Positions 13,061 to 27,735 of a DNA stretch of 64,000 nucleotides are shown one piece after another. Position 1 is the first letter of the stretch. Each line of letters starts with the position of its first letter. The position numbers and the translations under genes are program-made. The DNA lies in assembly GCA_965112155.1 (NCBI GenBank), contig OZ218100.1; one strand, given 5' to 3'. The notes under the pieces were generated by a model. The model saw only the letters and a program-made list of their open reading frames with translations. It searched no databases and was not told the origin of the DNA. The DNA is from Podarcis liolepis (Eukaryota).

Positions 13061-14297
13061 CTCCCCCCCCCCCAAAGTATAGCTATGTGTTTGGTGACTA
13101 ACAGTTTATTTTATTTGTAAGTTTCTGTCTTTCTTCTCAACAGGAAGTCTGTATAAAAAAACCTGGTACACAGCAAGCTTTATGGTTTCCTCATTTGACT
13201 TCTGTTGAATTTCCTTTAATATTTCAGGGAGTTCATTAGAGAAACAGGTATATTCTTTATTTTGCAAGCTCTAATATTAGTGATTAATTTACACAAAGAG
13301 TAGAAACTGTGTGTGCAATCTGTCCACAACTAAGCCTGTTTCAGTGGAAGAGAGTTAAGCACCTGCCATCATTGGGGACTTTTCAGGGGACTTGAGTAAA
13401 CATGCATAGAATCAAACTACATGGCCATAATCCTAAGTACACTTATTGGAGATGACACAGCTCAATGGTTGCAATAAGCTTTCCATCCTCATTGTTAAGC
13501 TCCCATATGTGTTTATATAATGCCCAAGTGACAGGCTTCCAAGGAAGCCCAAGCACCTGGACCGTACGTAGATCAGTGGTTCAGCACGTGCTTCACATGC
13601 AGAAGGTCCCAGATTCCTGGCATTTCCTTATAGGGTTGGAAAAGACTCTGTGTAAACACTACTGAACTAGATGAACCAATGGCCCGACTCTGCAAAGGTA
13701 GCTGCCTATGTTCCTCAACTTTTATACTTTATTGGGGGTATTGCTGGGAGACAATTGTGTCATCCCAAAGTATGTGTAAAGAGCATGCATCATTGAACCA
13801 AGGGAGACTTCTGAATAAACAAAGAGCCTAAATGCAAGCTAGTTAGATTAGGGTACTGAAGCTACAGGCAACTTGCTTCTATTGACAACCATAGGATAGT
13901 CACAGTGAACACCATCAAGCTATATTTAAGCACTTTGTAGCCTGATTCTATGCATACTTACTCAGAAGTAAGTCTCACTGATAGTACATTGCATTCTGGA
14001 CTCAGTCATAGGAATGTAAATCTGAAAAGAGCCCACAAAGGTCTATCAGTCAATCCATTTTTTGCCCTCCTCTATAGCTAGTCCCTGAAGCCTCTCACAA
14101 TACACAACTCCAAGTATTTGACTTCTGCTCTCAACTGGAAGGCTAGTCAACAAACCCTTCTCTTCAGGCATTGTCCCAACAACTATATTCTAGTTTATAA
14201 GCATAAGTAGCCTCTGTGTCTCATCTTTTATCTGGAAACTAGAATGAGCAATGATTTCTCAAGCTTGCCAGACTACGGCATTTACATGGCTCTAAAG

Positions 14298-14436
14298 CAG
14301 CAGTTCTCAACTTGTGGGTCCCCAGATGTTGTTGGACTACAACTCCCATCATCCCTGAGCTCTGGCCTTGCTAGCTAGGGGTGATGGGAGTTGTAGTTCA
14401 ACAACATCTTGGGGACCCACAGGTTGAGAAAGGCTG
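14298..14436. mobile_element. hAT-type MITE (palindromic, related to 803-938)
   Basis: TIRs CAGCAGTTCTCAAC / GTTGAGAAAGGCTG; TSD CTCTAAAG on both sides. Confidence 0.9.
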
Positions 14437-17373
14437 CTCTAAAGGAATCCCATGTTAGGGGAAAGCATGATCTGAAAAATCCTCTAGTTAGATCCTAGAC
14501 CACTTTAGAAGTAACACAAAACCATGGTTTGGTGTTATAAGTTTCAGTGAGTCTCAGGCTCTCACACTGCTACACCCTTCTTCTCTATCTGCAAGATTAA
14601 AAGCTTCCATTTTTCCTTTTGAATAAACTGCAATGTCCCATTATATTTCTAGACTCAGGAAATTGATTTTATTGACTGTGGTTAGTCAACAAACCAGAAT
14701 CCAAAACAATAATTTAATCCTGGTTTGCTTAAACAAGCCACAGTTAGAATAAACCAGTTTTCAGAATTTGGATGTAGCATCATATATATCTATATCTACC
14801 CCTCTTTTTAAAACTGGCTTTTGAAAGTGGAAGCTTTCAGTAATCTTTTTCTTTTGCATGTGAAAGGGATGGGGAAGAATCCAAGCCCGCAGATCATCAC
14901 AGCTCATTCGCATAGTACTCACTAAACCATGGTTTACTGTTAAACCTGAATGGGGTACTGTGCCAAAAATTCACGTATTTTCTAAATTCAGAGGCTAATA
15001 TTATTGCTTGGAACCTTTGGCCACCAAACTACATTTTTCAAATGCAAACCTCAACCTACTTACCTTGAAGCAGTCCTGGAGCACCTGCAAGTGATTTGAA
15101 CTTCCCAGGCATCCACTATCCCAATTATCCATCATCCACTACCTAAGGGTTCAATTGTGAAGATCACTTCAATCCTACAGAGCATTGAAAAGTGGTGCAT
15201 TCCTGATGAGTTCACCCTTCATTTCCTTAAATGCTATGGTATATGAGCATGATTATTGGTGCACAAGCTGCAGTTGTTATATTGTGTCTATGGGCAACTT
15301 TGCAGGCATTGTTGAATTGTTTCTGGAATTATACTTATAACATACAACAGCTAGGTAACTAGCCCTAGTCACCCTAATTTTTGGAATTATGAGTTCATTA
15401 CAAATTGAAATTGTGTCCATTAAATAAGGATTTGGCATAGATGCGTAGGCAATTTCTTTAACTGTCTACTGAACAGTTCATAGGATTCTGTTTTTAGAAC
15501 ACTTCACATTTCTTTTTTGATTTCACTCTTGATGAAATAATTTCTGTAATAATGGGTTACCAGACTGCTGCCTATCATATCACACCGTATTCAAGAACCA
15601 AATGTTGGAATGCTGATCTCTTCGAAATGACATCATTGCTTGGCGAACAACCTTCATTCACTAGTTTCTATACATGATGTATATTGGAAATACCAGCAGA
15701 TGAGGGGGACCAGATACTTTTACTTGCTATGGGGAGGGACTAGGGAGGGAAGGGGGAATGTATTGTACATTTTGGCTTCACGTGTGAAACTTTTTTTAAC
15801 CAAAAAAAGTTGCATGAATGGACAAAATATGTATACAGTATCTGTAAAACTGTCTTATCTGGGTTATTTCTTTCACTGTCAGACCACATACTTTGGAAGA
15901 ATATTCCATCCACTGCCTTAGTGCATGGCCATCTTTCCTAAGAGGTGCACAATTTTTACTTTTCGTACAAGCTACCTTGCAGTTTCGTTTGAAAGCCAGC
16001 ACTGTTGCAAACGCAATGGAGACTTTTTGTGAAACCAAATGCTGACATGGGTGAATATACTACCTTACTACATAATGATTGGATGTCAGTTTGATTTTGA
16101 AATCTTACCCCTTTGCAAATGAAATAGCAGTGCAGAGCTTATCTCCACTTGGTGTTAGTAGATATTGCCTCATGTATTCCATTCTCAATTGTAATCTAGT
16201 TTGTAAAAGAAATTGTGACGCATGTAAATAAAGCATAATGGATCTCTATGCTGAAACATACAGACTTGGTTTTGCTTCATTAAGTTGTCTTTGTAGAAGG
16301 ATCCAAATGGGTAAGGTTTTTAAAAAAATAAATCATAGGTTTTTACATTGTATTCAGTTAAGTAACACCCCACAAAATAATAAAAAGGAAGAAAAATAAT
16401 ATCCACATAGTCTCCTTTTATAATTCATTTTACAACATAGAGAATCCCTTAATGATATTCAAAGGTCAACTATACACTTTACAATCAATGAAGTATCCCA
16501 TCTATAATTATACACCTTTGATCTTACATAATTGATTGATTTTGCCATCATTGCATAATCCCATATCTTACTATGCTGTTCCTTGTCATAGTAGTAGCCA
16601 ATCTCCACAAAGCTGTGAATAAGGTCCTTGCAGCTGCAACAAATAAGTCATTTCCTTGTGTTCCTCCTTCACTGGCCCTTCTAGATAATTTAAAAGAAAC
16701 ATAACTGGAGGTAATGGGACTTTGTATCGCAGAATTCTTTATAAATGTACTATGATCTACCTTCTGCACAGTAGTTTCATATTTCTATCAGATGTGGGGA
16801 ATGTCCCACTTTCTAGCATTTCTAGCATGTGGAGGAATTGTTTGTATTTAGTTTATTTTTACTGGTGTGATATACCATCTACTCACTATTTTATAGCAGT
16901 TTTCCCATTATTCATGAATTCAAAGAAGCCCTGTGTCCATATAACCATAACTTTCCCCACACATCTCTTGGTGTATTTCCCCCAAAGTTCTGAGCCCATT
17001 TTATCCTTGACTTTTTCTGGCCCCATATTATAGTTCAATAGCAACTGGGAAATTGTTTATCTGCTTTAAATTAGTTTCTCAAATTCAATCATTTTTCTGA
17101 TTTGATTAGATATTTTTCTCTGTTCTTGCAGTTTAGAACAGATTCAGAAGTATTCAAAACAGAGAGGATTCCTTCCCACCATCTGTCTCCTAATCTCTCA
17201 ATATGAACATATATCTGTGCTTAATTAATCCATGAAATCTAAAAATATTGTAATTTTCCCACATTTTTAACTTAAAAGGATTCTCTTCTATTATGTCTGC
17301 ATTGGTTCCAGTGAAGAGAATTTAGGATTGAGTTGTCTTTTCTATCAACCACCTATTCTTAACAAATTAGAAA

Positions 17374-17376
<3 letters not shown>

Positions 17377-17426
<50 letters not shown>
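17377..17426. repeat. (AT)n microsatellite
   Basis: Directly visible. Confidence 0.95.
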
Positions 17427-17434
<8 letters not shown>

Positions 17435-17628
17435 TCTATTTTTGTATGTTTCCCACAGTATTCTGTGTAATGGAACTCCAGTCAAATTTTGTTCAGATTT
17501 AACTATTGCCTCATAAGGGGTCACAATCCAATCTACCAACCAAGTTATTACATTTGAAAGATAAAAAAACTTTCTATTTGAAACTTGGAAGCCTCCTTCT
17601 TGCTTAGCATTATAAAGATGCTTTAGAT

Positions 17629-17855
17629 CAGGGCTCACCAACCTGGTGCCCATGGGCATACATGCACTCCATGAGGCTTTGACTGTGGGGTCCTCACCCC
17701 TCTTCCTGCTGAAATCAGGCTTGAAACAAGCATTCCATTGTTGCTGACACAATAGATTGCAGTGTGTGCTTGTTAGTGATGTAGTGTGGTGCCAATGCCA
17801 GTGTCTCCAGTTAGCAAAAATGCCCATGGAGCCAAAAAAGTTTGGTGACCCCTTG
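17629..17855. mobile_element. hAT MITE nested in the L1 remnant
   Basis: TIRs CAGGGCTCACCAA / TTGGTGACCCCTTG; TSD CTTTAGAT / CTTTAGAG. Confidence 0.75.
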
Positions 17856-20800
17856 CTTTAGAGTCACTGATTGACTCATAAAAGGTATAAAAATGGTTAA
17901 GGTATTTCCATAGCTGACACAAACTTTGATGTGTGTGAGGTATTAAATGCAATACAATTTAGGCAATGGCTGCATCAGATCAGTTTAGGCTGTAGGATTG
18001 ATACATGGGATCAATTACACTGCACTATTGTGGCAATACCCTGATAGCTGCAGGATTCATACCACAGCTCAATAAACTGCTGGCCTAGAGTTAGGGTTGG
18101 AATTGCTCCTGTGTTATCCTACACCAGGCTGCCTCTCATTTCAGAGATTCACTTCTTACCTACTGCTCATACTGTGTTGGACGAGCAGCAACGGAACACA
18201 CTGGCACAGCCTTTGGCATCAAAGCCTGAAAAGTTGGGCAGCCGAAGGAAACTTTGCTGAAGGAGTAAAGTAGAATAGCTTATAGAAAGTGGGAGGGGAA
18301 GCATAGCTCTTTTACTATGTTGCTCTCGAAACAGCTAAGAGGTAGTTGTACCATCAAGGCAGAGTGCGTCTCCCAAGTGCCCATCAAAACCTGGAACTAG
18401 CTTTGGCTGCAGTAGTTCTTCTGTTGAAAGCATGTGAAATAGTCTGTGCCCATGGAACCCTCTTGGTTCATCAGATTGTAAGAGACAAATTAGTAGATGG
18501 ATGGGATCGTTAGCTTCCAATTCTTTCTTCGGCCTTACCACTTTTATCTTAATTTATCTTCCTTTCTAGTGGAAGTTAGCACAAGTGAATTGAGATGATG
18601 CTCAGATAATAATGGCTAGAGAGAGGCTGTCAGCATCATGAAAACCAAGTGTTTGCTGCCGTGCCGGTATTGGAAGGAGGGGATGTTGCCAGATGGTTCT
18701 AGAAACTATTCATGCTATTCATGCCATGGAAGTCTGGCCCTGATGTTATGACAGCCCAACATTCCCTCTAATAATAAAGCTGGGGAGCCAATGGTGTGCC
18801 TTCTGCTTCACTTTGTTCTACCAAGGGCCTAGTAGAATAAAGTATTCTGATGACATTGTGTGTCTCTAACTCCAACCTGACTTCATTCAAGATCCTTTGA
18901 GCCAAGGATGACAAACCTGCCACTCACAAAGCCAATTGATTGCAAGCTCCCCTTTTCTTCCCCATTCCAGCTCTTCATCCCAGGGACATATAGCAATCAT
19001 TCGTCCATGCAGGGTTAGTGCCCACCCCGAAAACTGCACCATTAATTGCATATGGTTGGAGGGAGAAATGATACACCTCCAGAAATTGGTAGTGGTGAAT
19101 CTCAGTCCCACACCCAGGAAAGGTCCTGTTACCCCAAGGTGTTTGGGTGTGGGTGAGGATGTGTTGTGTACCTTCATGTGTGGCTTTGTGTGTACTGGCA
19201 TGCAGCCTTTGGAAGAAGGGCCAAACCTTGAATGCAGCCTCAGGTGGAAAAAGGCTAACCACTCCTGATATCAGCTGCTAGGGCGTCTGCCCCTCCCACA
19301 AGGCTTTAATTAAGACGGGAGGGGAAAGTACCCTTTCTGATCTAAATTAACTCACAACATCCCAATCTTAATTGAAACTGGGACGGTGGGAGGGGGGAAA
19401 GACCTAAAATCTTAATGATCCAGAAGAAGGGAAATGGGAGTTACAGGAAATGAGTCATGACACCTTGATGGCACTTGCATCTCAACCACAATTTCTTTCC
19501 AAACTCTTCCATACAGTGTGGTCACAGAAAGTTAATCTACTTTCCCGTTCTGTACTGGTCAGGTTCAAGGACATTCAACCTGTTCCCTACTATAGTACAC
19601 AGGTTCTGCAAAAAAACCAAAAACTCTCCCCGATTATGTGGAAGTTGTTATATTTGGTTGTTTACCATCTGATGTTTTATTTACTGCTTATGACTACTTT
19701 TGTTATATTCATAATTACACACTTTTTCCATGTTGTAAGCTGCCTTGAGCATGGCTTTAACTATGGAGAGGTGGAATACAAATAAAATGATGCATGTATG
19801 AAATTGAGCACCTATTGCCACAAACAGATACTTGATTTTGCTCCAAAGCCATCTATAAATAGCTGAGCAAAAGTAAGGCTGAGACAAAGGAATTATTTAG
19901 AAGGAATATAATGCAACAGTGCACCATATTGATTTACATACGGCCCTTGATGACTTGGATAACATGGGAATTGCCTGTGCAGCTGGCTCTTTTGCAAAAC
20001 ATCCTGTTTGAGGTGCTATCATGTGACACAAAAACATGGTCCATTGTGATGAGATCTGTAAAGTTTGTGTGTTCAAGATGGTGCATGTGAATTCACCTCA
20101 AGAGGGATGGACTAAAGCATCCTGGCCCCTATACATTTTATGTGAGTACATCTAGTTCTAACCACTTTAAAAAAAACAGTGAAAATATTCACACAATCCA
20201 ATCCTGTGTATACTTATTCCAAAGTATTTGCTTCTGAGGTCAGTCGGCCTTATTCCCAAGTATACATTCCTGGGACTGCAGTTCAAATACGCAAGGCCGG
20301 CTAACATATGCAAACTGCCTGCTTTTTCTCACCACACAATTCCCCCGGTTTCCATGTTTACAAGTGTAACTTGGCCCTAATTTGCCAATTATCATATGCA
20401 ATAATTATAGTATTGTATTCTGCCCAAGAGCAGGTCAACAATCACAAAGAGCTGGCCCCTCTGCTTTGTGAAGTTGACCTCTGTCAGCTACAGACTTGTT
20501 GCAAAATCTGTAGATTGATGACTCATGAGTTCGCTTGAGGACTTTGACTTTTCAGTCTGAGGGTGACAATGCTAATCTTTTGTGCATTTTTTCACTACAT
20601 TTCCTCATTGCCATGTAAGTTAAGACAACATTTGAAGCCACAACCCAGAGTCTTTGGATTTTTTAGCTAATTTAGTCCTCACAAATGCCAATGAATTCCA
20701 GGAAAACGATCCCTTCATCTGTAACAGGAGATGGGCTTTTAAATAAACATATTTCCAGATTATAAGACTTCCAAATAAATGTATTTTGGACACGTGCTGG

Positions 20801-21455
20801 ACCTCACAAGCAATTTAACCCTGCATATTTTGATTTAAGATTATCCCGGTTATAGTCCATAAACCAGTTAAACCAGAGCACTTGGATGTAAGCCAGCTTT
20901 ACACCCATTTACGTCAATGGAACTAATTTGATTTAAATCGGGGCATTCCAGCGTAATTGGTTTGTGAATCAGGTTGTTACTCATAGATGTCAGTAGGACA
21001 AAAGTGCTTAAATCCAAGTTTTTCAACCTCACTAGATTAGTTTGGCTGCTCAAACTTAAAATTGTGTATTTGCTTGTTTAAAACTAAATAAAAACCTCAG
21101 TTTTTTTTAAAAAAAGAAGTTTCTAGCCATCTTTATTATGTAAGAAACTGAAGAATTGTTAAAAAAAAATACAGCATGCTTCTATGGGTCAAACACCACA
21201 GCATTTAAAAAGGTCAAGGTCAGCCCAATTGCTGAGTGGGACTAATTCCTTCCAGGCTTATGAACACGCCTTGGCAACCAGTTAAATTCCTGACATTCTA
21301 CATGCAAAACAGATACCTTGAGTTACATCTTCCTCTCTGGACATCTTCCTTTGCTTCTTGATTCAGTTAACAGCATGATGATGGAGCCACTAAGCCAGAT
21401 GTGTGTACATCAACATTACATTGTTCATAAAAAACCTCAGCTGTCTCTCAACAGC

Positions 21456-22281
21456 TGTCAGGATGATGGGGGGGGGGGGAGAAGAGGATCCCGGCAAGGG
21501 GTGTAGCCAGGACTGGGACACTCTGGGGCAAGCAGGGGATGGGGAAGGAAATACAGAGTGACAGAGGATGGTGAGGGGATGGGGGTTGGTGCACAGGAAC
21601 CAGAGCAGCAGGGACCATCACTAGAGCCAGAGGAGCTGCTGCCCCAAGAATAGCCTCTTTGAGGCTTAGGGAGCAGCTTGAGGGGCGATCTAGGAGGCTG
21701 ACGCAGGCAAGGGCCCACAACCCAGCTCCCTAGCTGGCCAGGTGGGCTGGCTAGCTCTGGGAAGAGGGGTTTGATTCCTCAGCTGGAGCAGAACTGGAAC
21801 AGGTGAGAGTCACCTGCCTCATCAAGCTCAGATGCTGCAATCAGCAAAGTACAAAAGGGAAGCAGAGCTGAGGGGCTGTGTCTGCTTTCCATGTTGATGG
21901 ACCTTGGCTTGGATGCTCCTGGACTTGGGAGCAAAACTAAGCTTTATTTCATCTGGGTCAAAGACCCAGTTTGGCACCCCCTGCATGCATTACCATATAC
22001 ACAGGCTGTGAACCGCAACGGCACCCCTCTGTAGGCTTCACCTGGGGCAAATAAAAACTGGCTATCCCCCCCCCCCCGGCTCTGCTAGACCTCTATGGGA
22101 CTCTGCTTTGGTTTTGATTTTGGACTATACTCTGACTCCTGGACTTGGCTGCTTGGATTGGCCCTGGACCGCATTTCCTGACTTTTGGACTTCAGACTTC
22201 GTTTGAGTGGATTGACCCCTGGACTTGGACTTTGGACATGATATACTGACGTGCTGCCAGGTAGGCCAGGGGTTCAGGACA
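21456..22281. mobile_element. Possible solo LTR (Gypsy-like), degraded
   Basis: Starts TGTCAGGA and ends TCAGGACA; GC-rich; repeated GGACTTGG motifs; no clean TSD. Confidence 0.4.
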
Positions 22282-22926
22282 CCAGAAAACGATACAAATA
22301 AAAGTAAAGAAAGATTGCAACCAGGAAGGCTTCATTTCCAAATAGGAACCACAGAGTTAACTTTTAGAGGAGGAGCCATTTGCCTCCTGGTGGACTGTGG
22401 GTAAAAGAAGCCCCCTGGTGATTAAGATGGCTGCTGGAAGTAGTTTTCAGTTGGGATGCAGCATATGGAATTCCCTCCCCAGGAAGACTTGCCAGGAACC
22501 AAACATCGCTTTTTACACCAGGTAAAGTCCACCCCCCCCTCTAGCATGTTATCTAATTGTTTGTCAATCCTCAGATAGTTACTGTGGGCTGCACCACCCT
22601 GGCTGGGCCTACTAATGCTGGCCCTGCCCTGGCCTTCCGATACAGCGTCCCTCAGGGCATTGTGGGAAATATATAAGGGCTGTCAAGTGTTGCTGCTTCT
22701 GTCACCTGTAAAAACCCACACTTGGGGCCACACCAGTGTAGGAGGGGACTGATCAGGATGTAGTTTTGCCAAAGCCCCTTCAGCTGTACTCTAGGGACAA
22801 TATTTTTACTTACTTCACCAATTTTTCAGGCGCAATGTTCAGCTGTATTGGAAGCAGCACTGCCCTATGATGAGCAGGTGTAAGGCACCCTCATCCCCTG
22901 CCACACCCTAAGGCACCCATTCTTGC

Positions 22927-23008
22927 CATAGCTGAATTTTTAAAAAAGGGAAATTCCCTTATTCTGAATAGGATTCCTCACAAGAAAAGGGAAAAGTTGA
23001 CAGCTATG
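22927..23008. mobile_element. Small hAT-like MITE
   Basis: TIRs CATAGCTG / CAGCTATG; TSD ATTCTTGC / ATTCTTAC. Confidence 0.7.
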
Positions 23009-24240
23009 ATTCTTACCTTTTGCATTGCCACAGTGAATTGGTATGGCACAACATGCAGGTGCAATAGTGGTGAAACATCAGCGTAAATCCACTTCTGTGA
23101 CAAATCTTTTGGTTTCACACAGAGAGAGGAATTTAGGAGTGATCTTATCCTTGCCCAACAGGCATTCCTTGATAGAATTACAACTGTAATCCATAGCATT
23201 TTCTTTCTTAATGCATTATTCCTTATTACCAGTGTGCAGGACATTTTTATGGGCCTTATGCACTGTATTTATTTATTTAACATATTTATAGGCTGCTTTT
23301 CTAGGTCAAACCCCCTCGTGGTGGTTTCCAGTATACAAATCGTTATAAAAAACAACAACAATAACATAATATTATGCCACCCCCAATCTCTGCCATGTAG
23401 TAGCAAAATTCATGTGGGGTTCCAGGCGTTTACCCAATGTTGTTTCTGTTGGAAAATCCAGGCACAGCAGAGACTGTAGTGTCTTTACACCTAAGCATTG
23501 ACGGAAGGTGTGCAGAGCATTACACCCAAGAGTGTCCCATGCTGCTTCTCCCATTGTTTCAGCCAGCTTGGGTCCAAAGAAGAAGCTAGCCATGCTCTCT
23601 GGGTACAGTCTCTCCCAGACAGCCTGCATGGAGTTCTGCTGCCACCTTCCTTCTCGATCTTTCTAAAAACCTCCTGCAAAAGGACACTTTTTTACTGTAG
23701 TGACATCACTGTCCCTGTAGCCCTGGCAATCTCCCCCTCCCAACTCTTTTGTCTCTGCCCACTATTCATGGGGGGAGGGGAGGACAGTATATGCATTGTC
23801 AATCACTCTTAATGGCTCAGTAGTCTGCTTTCTTTGGCTGATAGAGGTGCCATTAAGAAACAAACTCCTGAACAGGAAAACCTGTGTCTTCTGTATTTTT
23901 ACACTGCTAATTTCAGAGCCTGTTAGCTTGCCTTAGTTTTCTAAACACTGATTAAAGCTCAACACCCAGGAATGTAGGGAGGGGCAGGGCACCCAGAAAC
24001 CCAGGGGAATCAGGGCACCCACAAATCAGTAATGATACCAACAAGTTGGCACTAACAATAAAATATTAAGCCCAGCATAGTAACACTACCATCTGACCAA
24101 ATTGTTTATTCTACTTATGTTTTTTTATTTTTTATTTTATATACTTACAGTGTCTACTGATTTCCTCCTCCCTTGGGCCTTTTCCAGTTTTTCAGAGTGG
24201 TCTTTAATATATTTGTAATTTGTATACAGCTTTATATTTT

Positions 24241-24709
24241 GTTGTTGTTATTGTTTAGTCGTTTAGTCGTGTCTGGCTCTTCGTGACCCCATGGACCAGA
24301 GCACGCCAGGCACTCCTATCTTCCACCGCCTCCCGCAGTTTGGTCACGCTCATGTTTGTAGCTTCGAGAACACTGTCCAACCATCTCGTCCTCTGTCGTC
24401 CCCTTCTCCTTGTGCCCTCCATCTTTCCGAGCATCAAGGGTCTTTTCCAGGGAGTCTTCTCTTCTCATGAGGTGGCCAAAGTATTGGAGCCTCAACTTTA
24501 CGATCTGTCTTTCCAGTGAGCACTCAGGGCTGATTTCCTTAAGAATGGATACATTTGATCTTCTTGCAGTCCATGGGACTCTCAAGAGTCTCCTCAAGCA
24601 CCATAATTCAAAAGCATCAATTCTTCGGCGATCAGCCTTCTTGATGGTCCAGCTCTCACTTCCATACATCACTACTGGGAAAACCATGGCTTTAACTATA
24701 CGGACCTTT
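24241..24709 (-). mobile_element. RTE-BovB LINE, 5'-truncated 3' fragment
   Basis: MVFPVVMYGSESWTIKKADRRRIDAFELWC...LQYFGHLMRR...RRRGRQRTRWLD...WRALVHGVTKSQTRL is the BovB ORF end; one frameshift near 24438; (CAA)n tail; 11-bp TSD CTTTATATTTT. Confidence 0.95.
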
Positions 24710-27371
24710 CTTTATATTTTATACAATGCTAAATGATACTGCTTGGAAACCACATTTGTGCTGTCTTGGGTTCCATGATGTAAGAAAGGTGGGCTATAAA
24801 TGTAGCAATAAATTTGCAAATGTATGCAAAATCTGATGAAAAGGTAGTGGTGTGTATGAAGGAGTATAACACTAAAGCAGATTGGGTTTTTTTCAGAGAG
24901 TAAGATGCCCAGGAATGGGGAGGGGGATTCAGACAAAATGAAACAAAGGTGTAATGAGATCTCACTTGGGTCGTTTCCAGATGATTTGTTTATTGAGCAT
25001 TCACCCTGATTTGTTTGCACAAAGCTTGTAGGGAGGTTATACAGTGTCTGCTGTTTATTGAGTATTAATTCTGGGGTTTTTTCGGGGGGCGCTGGCCTGT
25101 TGGAAGCCATATAAAAAAAATGTTATCCCACATGTTCTAGTACATTTTTGCATAATTTTCCTTACCACAAAGGGACTGTTTTTCTCAAAGTGAGTTTGTT
25201 ATACAAGAGCACCAAATTCACTTTAATTGTGCAACCTGAATTTGCCGGTATGCAACTGAATCCATCCCACAAAATAGTGACAGCCTAGAAGAATTTTGGT
25301 GAAAATGTGTGAGTAGACCAATATGTAATCAGTTGTTTTTAAAGCAAAGGATATTGTGACAAATATGAGAATATCAGAACAATGCTCAAGATGGGAGCTG
25401 TCTGGGAGGTGTCAATGTATTTACACATGGTTACATGTCTATCCAGCTCTTCCTCCATGGAGATTAAGGCAGCATAATTTTTCCACTCCATAGTAGCCTC
25501 ACAACAACCCTGAGAGGTAGATTACACTGAAAGTGTGTGAGCAGCCCTATATCACTCAATAAGCTTCATAGCTGTTGCGATTTGAAGCTGGGTCTCTCCA
25601 GTTCACATCCACCACACTAAGCTGATTATCCAGATGCCTGTTCCTTGATCCCTATTTTTTGACATATACCTGCATTTGCAAAACAAGGTGGAATATGGAA
25701 TTAATTATGGGCTGCATAAGCTACTACTAGAAGATATTCTTGGAAGAAACAGGCAAAAATTATTCAACTCATCCCAGGCTTCCCAGTATATTCTCCAATG
25801 TTTTTTAAAAACATTATTCCATCTCTTTCTCTTTCCTCCCAGCATAATTTGAATAGTGCTGAATCAGCACATCTAGTTCTCAAAGAAAGTCTTGTGCGAT
25901 TCAGCCTACATTTGCAGTGTTGGGACTTTCCCTGGGAAAGCAAATTCTCATTTGTTTAAATGCAGCAAGGTTGTATTGTATGGCTTGGGGTAATTCTGGA
26001 CTGAGTAAATGAAACTAACACACAACACAAACATACATACAGTCCATTTGGCTGTCACCTTGAAGGCAATGCATACTTTTTGCAAAACACTGAAGTGTAA
26101 TTATTGGCTTTCCTTCTGTTTCACCAGTCCTTTCCTGTTGCTACCTTTAGATGCCCTTGGGAGATGGTGCTAATGAGATGACCTGCTGCCACCAATATCT
26201 GTCTCTTTAGGATTATGAAATTGAGTTGTTCAAGTGGATAAAGTCCAGAATTAGAAACTGTACGTCACCTGCATATTATAGCTACGTGATTCATTTAGAT
26301 TTGGCTGGTGACACACCTGTTTTGCATAAACATATTTTCTCACTGCTCCTCCTTAGAAAGGAATCTCTTTCTGTTAATGATGTTTTTCCAGTAATGCAAG
26401 AAGTGACCTATCAATCTTCTCCGTCTCTCCAATAAGAATGTATTAAGGAAGCAATTATCCTGTATTTGGATAAGAATTATTTTCCTCCCTTCCTTCTACA
26501 GTCTGCCTCCTTATGCTGGTTTGATTCCAGAAAATAAAAAGGCAGACCATAGTCTTATTTGGGGACCAAATTCTGCAGGTGAAGCATGTAAATCACAGTC
26601 CCATTCCTTCCTGCTGAAGAGTTTTCTTACACTCAAAAGTCTTCACACACCAACAGAAGGTGTAAAAATGCCTTCATTTCCTTTGAGACTGGCCCAAGGC
26701 AGAGAATGCATTTATGTCTCCAGACACTTCTGTTTCATTTGGATGAGCGTTTAGAACTTTTTTTAATAAATTAAGTGCAATAAGTAGAATGACCCTTTAC
26801 AATGTCTTCCTCTTCTTTGTGCATGCTGTCAGTCTGGTAAAGCCACTAGTGTACTCTACAAAAGGAGTACTTCTGTAGAATAAAAGATGTGGGCATGTGA
26901 TCAAATCAAGTCTGCATTCCTGTACATTTATAAAAAAGGTTATGTGGATGTACATGTACAGTCTTATAAGGCAGCCCATCCTTTGTCCAGGCGTTGCTCT
27001 TAGAACAGTCTTCCTAACTGCAATCTGTTAAGAGGTGATACCAATATCTTCCTCCCCTCAGCAGATTCAACTGCTGGAACCTAACTCTAGTTGTTTTTTA
27101 AATAAAGAGTTTATTATTATTATTAATATCATTTATTTTTTATACCCTGCCCATCTGGCTGGGTTTCCCCAGCCACTCTGGGCAGCTCCCAACAGAATAT
27201 TAAAAGCACAACAAAAGATCAAACATTAAAAACATTAAAAACTTCTCTAAACAGGGCTGCCTTCAGATGCTTTCTAAAAGTCAGATAGTTGTTTGTTTCC
27301 TTGACATCTGATAGGAGAAATAAAAAAATTCCTTCCAGTAGCACCTTAAAGACCAACTAAGTTAGTTCTTG

Positions 27372-27409
27372 GTATGAGCTTTCGTGTGCATGCACACTTC
27401 TTCAGATAC
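27372..27409 (-). ncRNA. Minimal hammerhead ribozyme motif (Penelope pLTR)
   Basis: Exact reverse complement of 28463-28500. Confidence 0.75.
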
Positions 27410-27735
27410 ACTGAAACAGAAGTTGCCAGATCCTTCTATATAGTGAGAAGGTGGGGAGGGGTGTTACTCAGAAGGGTGGTGGGAATGGGAGATAGGCAGA
27501 TAGGCAGATAGCTGGGAGAGCCTGTTGACGACTCTTAACGACTGTAATAGGTCTTACAGGAGAAGGCAAGGGGTGAGGAGGTGAGAAATGGTTTAGTCAT
27601 GTATAGTGAGATAAGAATCCAATGTCTTTGTTCAGCCCAGGTTTTTCCATTGTTTTAAGTTTGGTAATGAGTTGTAATTCAGCAGCTTCCCTTTCCAGTC
27701 TGTGTACACCTTGCCAGCTGGGCTGAACAAAGACA

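Larger units (their letters stand above)
16330..17940 (-). mobile_element. Old L1/Tx1-clade LINE ORF2 3' remnant
   Basis: Minus-strand LYNAKQEGGFQVSNRKFFYLS...W resembles the L1 post-RT motif (LxxPKxxGGLxLPNxxxYY); VAAARTLFTALW resembles the C-terminal AARxxIAxxW motif; boundaries approximate. Confidence 0.6.

Noticed and set aside
22978-23244. Minus-strand 88-aa ORF with a good donor (AAG|GTAAGA)
   Set aside because: No recognisable homology; the donor overlaps a MITE TSD
24985-25065. Similarity to ~48880-48960
   Set aside because: Diverged; most simply two copies of an old interspersed repeat
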